Notes under the pieces: model-generated
What the model was told of the DNA's origin: nothing
What the model saw: only the letters and a program-made list of their open reading frames with translations
Databases searched by the model: none
Sequence record: SRR22947725_4056
DNA: 64,000 nt
Reading direction: 5' to 3' (one strand)
Translations under genes and position numbers: made by a program
In this document: piece by piece, positions 60,061-64,000 of the stretch
How the letters are laid out: each line of letters opens with the position of its first letter
Numbering within the stretch: the first letter of the stretch is position 1

Positions 60061-60132
60061 TGTTCTTTGGTGCAGTTCTCCTAAAGTTTCCAGGGCACCC
60101 TCGTTTTTTCCAGCAACAAGGCAGGTTTCATC

Positions 60133-60447
60133 GTGGTTTATGCGGTTGTTCGCGCAGGCGGACGTCAAGAAAAGGTCGAGGTCGGCTCGATCATTATGGT
60201 CGACCGCATTGCGGGCGATGCGAAGAACTCGGTGAGCCTCGCTCCCGTCCTCTTCGTCGATGGCGATACCGTCACCCACGATAAGAAGGAACTCGACAAG
60301 GTCACCGTCACGGCGGAGATCCTGAACGACCTTCGTGGGCCCAAGATCATCATCCAGAAATACAAGAACAAGACCGGTTACAAGAAGCGTCAAGGGTTCC
60401 GCGCGGAACTGACGAAGCTCAAAGTCACCGGCATCACCAAGAAGTAG
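60133..60447 (+). CDS. rplU: 50S ribosomal protein bL21
   Basis: [13 protein letters not shown]...[13 protein letters not shown]. Confidence 0.98.
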   Translation: MVYAVVRAGGRQEKVEVGSIIMVDRIAGDAKNSVSLAPVLFVDGDTVTHDKKELDKVTVTAEILNDLRGPKIIIQKYKNKTGYKKRQGFRAELTKLKVTGITKK

Positions 60448-60454
60448 GGAACTC

Positions 60455-60712
60455 ATGGCACACAAAAAGGGCGCGTCCTCGACCAGGAATGGTCGCGACT
60501 CCAATGCTCAGTACCTCGGCGTCAAGCGCTTCGGTGGTCAGGTTGTCAAAGCCGGCGAAATTATTGTTCGCCAGCGTGGTACCCACTTCCACCCCGGCAC
60601 CAATGTCGGACGCGGTAACGATGACACGTTGTTCGCTCTCGCAGCGGGCCACGTCGAATTTGGTTCCAAAGGACGCCGCAAGGTTGTTGCCGTAGTGGAC
60701 GCCGCTGTCTAG
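60455..60712 (+). CDS. rpmA: 50S ribosomal protein bL27
   Basis: [24 protein letters not shown]. Confidence 0.99.
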   Translation: MAHKKGASSTRNGRDSNAQYLGVKRFGGQVVKAGEIIVRQRGTHFHPGTNVGRGNDDTLFALAAGHVEFGSKGRRKVVAVVDAAV

Positions 60713-60734
60713 TTTCACTCACACACTGTGATGG

Positions 60735-60765
60735 GAGGGCGAGCTTCGGCTCGCCCTTTCCTCTT
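60735..60765 (+). terminator. Hairpin between rpmA and obgE (leaky terminator or stabiliser)
   Basis: GAGGGCGAGC-TTCG-GCTCGCCCTT with a C(UUCG)G tetraloop and weak pyrimidine tail. Confidence 0.7.
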
Positions 60766-60800
60766 GTGTGGGACAGTTAGCCTCAAGGAGAAAGGGTGTT

Positions 60801-62306
60801 ATGACGACGTTCGTTGACAGTGTCGTTTTACACCTGCACGCCGGACACGGTGGCCACGGGTGTGTTTCCGTCCACCGCGAAAAGTTCAAACCGCTGGGCG
60901 GACCTGACGGCGGTAACGGCGGGAGCGGTGGAGATGTCGTTTTGCTCTCAGATCCGCAAGTTACCACCTTGCTGGATTACCACCACCGCCCTCATCGGGT
61001 GAGCGAAAATGGTGCTCCAGGTGCGGGAGATTCCAAACACGGCAAGAGTTCCTCTGATGTGATTCTGCCAGTGCCTGTGGGCACCGTCGTCACAGATCAG
61101 GAGGGGGCCCTCATCATCGATATGGACCGGCCCGGTATGAGCGTCGTGGTGGCGCAGGGCGGCAGAGGTGGCCTGGGTAACGAAGCGCTGGCCAGTTCGG
61201 CGCGTAAGGCGCCGGGCTTTGCTCTCTTGGGTACTCACGGTTTCGAGGGCGATATTAACCTGGAGCTCAAAACCGTTGCTGACGTGGCGCTGGTGGGCTT
61301 CCCCAGCGCCGGTAAGTCAAGTTTGATCGCTGCGGTCTCGAAGGCCCGCCCCAAAATTGCGGACTATCCCTTCACAACCCTGCACCCGAACCTTGGCGTC
61401 GTGGAGGCCGGTGGCACAAAGTTCACCATGGCGGATGTGCCCGGTTTGATTCCCGGTGCCAGCGAAGGAAAAGGGCTGGGCCTGGAATTTCTGCGCCATG
61501 TGGAACGGTGCAGTTTGCTCGTTCACGTTCTTGACTGTGCCACCTTGGAGCCAGGCAGAGACCCTCTGAGCGACTTGGATGCACTGCTCCATGAGTTGGG
61601 AAATTACCCGCTGGATGATGATGTTATTCCCCTGGTGGATCGTCCCCAAATGGTGGTGCTGAACAAAGTGGATGTCCCCGATGCTAAAGAAATTGCCGCC
61701 ATGGTGACTACTGACTTAGAGGCAAGGGGGTACCCGGTTTTCTCCCTGAGTGCGATTAGCGCGGAGGGGCTGGAGCCTTTCCTTTACGAGGTCGGCAACA
61801 TGGTTCTTGAACACCGCGCAAAGCTGGCGGAGGCGGCTCTCACCCCCGAGCGCATTGTGGTGCGACCCAAGGCCGTCAACGAACCCGATTTCCGGGTCGT
61901 TGTCGAAGGTGGAACAGAGGGTCCGTTGTTCAGGATTCTTGGAGCAAAGCCCGAGCGGTGGATTGAACAAACAGACTTCACCAACGATGAAGCCGTGGGA
62001 TATCTTGCCGATCGCTTAATGAAACTGGGGATTGACGACGCACTCTTCGACTCCGGCGCTACTCCGGGTTGCGCCGTGATGATTGGGGCTGGAAAAGGCC
62101 AAATCTTTGACTGGGAGCCCACCCTCTCGAGTGCGGCTGAGTTGATGACGGCACCGCGAGGCTCTGACCCTCGCTTGGATGAGCGCCAACGGGCGACCCG
62201 GGCGCAACGGAAGGCCACGTATCACGAGCGCATGGATGCTAAAGCACGTGCCAGGCAGGAGCTCGCCGACGAGGGGGAAGCGGGGTTCTTCCAGGATGAT
62301 GACTAG
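60801..62306 (+). CDS. obgE: GTPase ObgE/CgtA
   Basis: [38 protein letters not shown]-terminal DUF1967-like region. Confidence 0.98.
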   Translation: MTTFVDSVVLHLHAGHGGHGCVSVHREKFKPLGGPDGGNGGSGGDVVLLSDPQVTTLLDYHHRPHRVSENGAPGAGDSKHGKSSSDVILPVPVGTVVTDQEGALIIDMDRPGMSVVVAQGGRGGLGNEALASSARKAPGFALLGTHGFEGDINLELKTVADVALVGFPSAGKSSLIAAVSKARPKIADYPFTTLHPNLGVVEAGGTKFTMADVPGLIPGASEGKGLGLEFLRHVERCSLLVHVLDCATLEPGRDPLSDLDALLHELGNYPLDDDVIPLVDRPQMVVLNKVDVPDAKEIAAMVTTDLEARGYPVFSLSAISAEGLEPFLYEVGNMVLEHRAKLAEAALTPERIVVRPKAVNEPDFRVVVEGGTEGPLFRILGAKPERWIEQTDFTNDEAVGYLADRLMKLGIDDALFDSGATPGCAVMIGAGKGQIFDWEPTLSSAAELMTAPRGSDPRLDERQRATRAQRKATYHERMDAKARARQELADEGEAGFFQDDD

Positions 62307-63075
62307 AGAAGCAGTGGACAGCGCCCGCCGGATAGTTGTGAAGGTCGGGTCCTCGTCCATAAGCGGAGAACGAGAGCATCAAATGGCGGGGCTTGTCGAA
62401 GCCTTAGCCGCGTGGCACGCGCAGGGCAAAGAGGTTGTGCTGGTGTCTTCTGGTGCTATCGCCACCGGAGCGCCGTTTTTGAAATTGACGGATCGTCCCC
62501 AAGATTTGGCCACCCAACAGGCTGCAGCCGCTGTGGGGCAGAACTTGTTGATGGGCCGATATCAGAAGTTTCTCGATGCGTTTTCAGTGATTTCGGGGCA
62601 GGTGTTGTTGACGGTGGGGGATGTTGAAAACGACACTCACCGCACGAACGCGCTCCGCACCATCGAACGACTGTTGGGATTGGGTATCTTGCCGATCGTC
62701 AACGAAAATGACACAGTGGCGACCCAGGAAATTCGGTTCGGCGATAACGACAGGCTTGCGGCGCTGGTGGCGGAGTTCATTTCCGCTGACCTTTTGGTTC
62801 TGCTCAGTGACGTCGATGCTTTGTATACCCATCCTCCCGATGACCCCCTTGCCACACGAATCGAGGTGGTTGCCTACGGTGACCCCCTCGAAGGTGTTGA
62901 ACTGGGCCACTCCATGGTCAACAGTGTCGGAACGGGTGGAGCAGTGACGAAGGTGAGCGCAGCGCGGTGGGCGACAGCTGCGGGAATACCGACGTTGTTG
63001 ACCTCGACGACGTCGTTGGATGCCGTGGTGCGGGGAGAGATTTCTGGAACCTGGTTCGAGCCCGCCGTAGACTAG
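62296..63075 (+). CDS. proB: Glutamate 5-kinase (no PUA domain)
   Basis: [28 protein letters not shown]; ~259 aa. Confidence 0.95.
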   Translation: MMTREAVDSARRIVVKVGSSSISGEREHQMAGLVEALAAWHAQGKEVVLVSSGAIATGAPFLKLTDRPQDLATQQAAAAVGQNLLMGRYQKFLDAFSVISGQVLLTVGDVENDTHRTNALRTIERLLGLGILPIVNENDTVATQEIRFGDNDRLAALVAEFISADLLVLLSDVDALYTHPPDDPLATRIEVVAYGDPLEGVELGHSMVNSVGTGGAVTKVSAARWATAAGIPTLLTSTTSLDAVVRGEISGTWFEPAVD

Positions 63076-63080
63076 CAACT

Positions 63081-64000
63081 ATGACCACAGAGTTACTTCC
63101 TAGCGCTCGAGCCCTGTTGGAGGGCGCAAAAACCGCTTCCCACGCTCTCGCACGTGCCAGCGCACAACTTCGCGATGAAGCCCTTGCCGCCATTGCTGCC
63201 AGTCTTGCTTCCCACTCCCCACAGATAGTTGCTGCTAACTCTGAAGATCTCGCTCGGGGGGCAGCCGAAGGAATGGCAGAAGGACTGCAGGACCGGTTGC
63301 GCCTCACTCCCGAACGAATCGCTGCCCTGTCCGACGCGGTGACACAGATTCGAGCTTTGCCAGAACCGGTGGGAGATGTGGTTCGAGGAATGACTTTGCC
63401 CAACGGGCTGCAAGTTTCTCAGATTCGGGTGCCCTTTGGAGTGGTGGGAGCCATCTATGAAGCACGCCCCAATGTCACCATCGACATCGCTGCCTTAGCC
63501 CTCAAGAGCGGTAATGCTGTCGTTTTGCGTGGGGGTTCAGCCGCGCAATCCAGCAATGAAGTTTTGGTGTCTCTGATGCAGGAGGCGTTGACGAGCGTGG
63601 GTTTGCCACCAGCGGCGATTACGTCTGTGGATGAGTTTGGCCGAGAGGGAGCCCAAGCCATGATGAAGGGCAGGGGCCTCATCGACGTTTTGATTCCACG
63701 CGGTTCTGCGTCCTTGATCGAAACCGTTGTCCAGGAGTCCAGCGTGCCGGTGATCGAGACCGGTTCGGGAGTGGTTCATATTTTTGTCGATGACACGGCA
63801 AACCTCGAGAGTGCTGTGGAGATTATTCACAACGCGAAGGTTCAACGCCCGAGCGTATGTAACGCGGTCGAAACGGTGCTGATTCACAGGGGGATTGCGA
63901 AGGCAGTGTTACCTGTGGTGGCCGAGCGACTCCAGGCATCTGGTGTCGTGATTCATGGTGATGAGGCAGTCTGCGCCATTGTTTCCGGCGCTGTACCAGC
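63081..64000 (+). CDS. proA: Gamma-glutamyl phosphate reductase, 3' truncated by window edge
   Basis: Translated by hand: LQDRLRL, VPFGVVGAIYEARPNVT, KSGNAVVLRGGS, IPRGS, RPSVCNAVET. Confidence 0.96.
   Translation, partial: MTTELLPSARALLEGAKTASHALARASAQLRDEALAAIAASLASHSPQIVAANSEDLARGAAEGMAEGLQDRLRLTPERIAALSDAVTQIRALPEPVGDVVRGMTLPNGLQVSQIRVPFGVVGAIYEARPNVTIDIAALALKSGNAVVLRGGSAAQSSNEVLVSLMQEALTSVGLPPAAITSVDEFGREGAQAMMKGRGLIDVLIPRGSASLIETVVQESSVPVIETGSGVVHIFVDDTANLESAVEIIHNAKVQRPSVCNAVETVLIHRGIAKAVLPVVAERLQASGVVIHGDEAVCAIVSGAVP

Overview
A 64 kb stretch of core chromosome from a high-GC actinobacterium. Gene content and order, a translational ileS T-box, many leaderless promoters and very tight gene packing suggest a streamlined Microbacteriaceae; this placement is inference, not a database result. 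Contents in order: end of the atp operon (atpH'AGDC), yaaA, ogt, an HExxH coiled-coil protein facing a Zn-ribbon/FHA-like protein, ald-asparaginase-gabT, OsmC, FKBP, a DUF2236 protein, a CoA-disulfide reductase-rhodanese with a CsoR/CstR-family repressor, dapB, a Trx/DUF4395/OsmC/TIGR01777 cluster, thyX-dapA-rnj, EamA, msrA, a second ssb, ettA, tesB, globin, MscS, pepN, a DivIVA-like protein, rpiB-nei-amidohydrolase, tRNA-Gly and tRNA-Pro, tig-clpP1P2, copC, clpX, valS, TetR with an Opp/Dpp-type ABC system, T-box-ileS-folC-ndk, VKOR, rne, rplU-rpmA-obgE-proB-proA'. I saw no transposase, integrase, phage gene, CRISPR array or recognisable defence system, and no large novel multi-gene system. 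The most unusual signals are small and regulatory. (1) A 110-bp diverged tandem duplication creates a leaderless 37-aa uORF whose stop overlaps the VKOR start. (2) A valS leader hairpin has a loop resembling the tRNA-Val anticodon loop. (3) A leaderless 15-aa uORF is coupled to EamA. (4) A His-less CsoR/CstR repressor has a visible operator over a persulfide-reductase promoter. (5) A degenerate FHA protein is paired with an uncharacterised zinc-protease-like protein. All motif work was done by eye.
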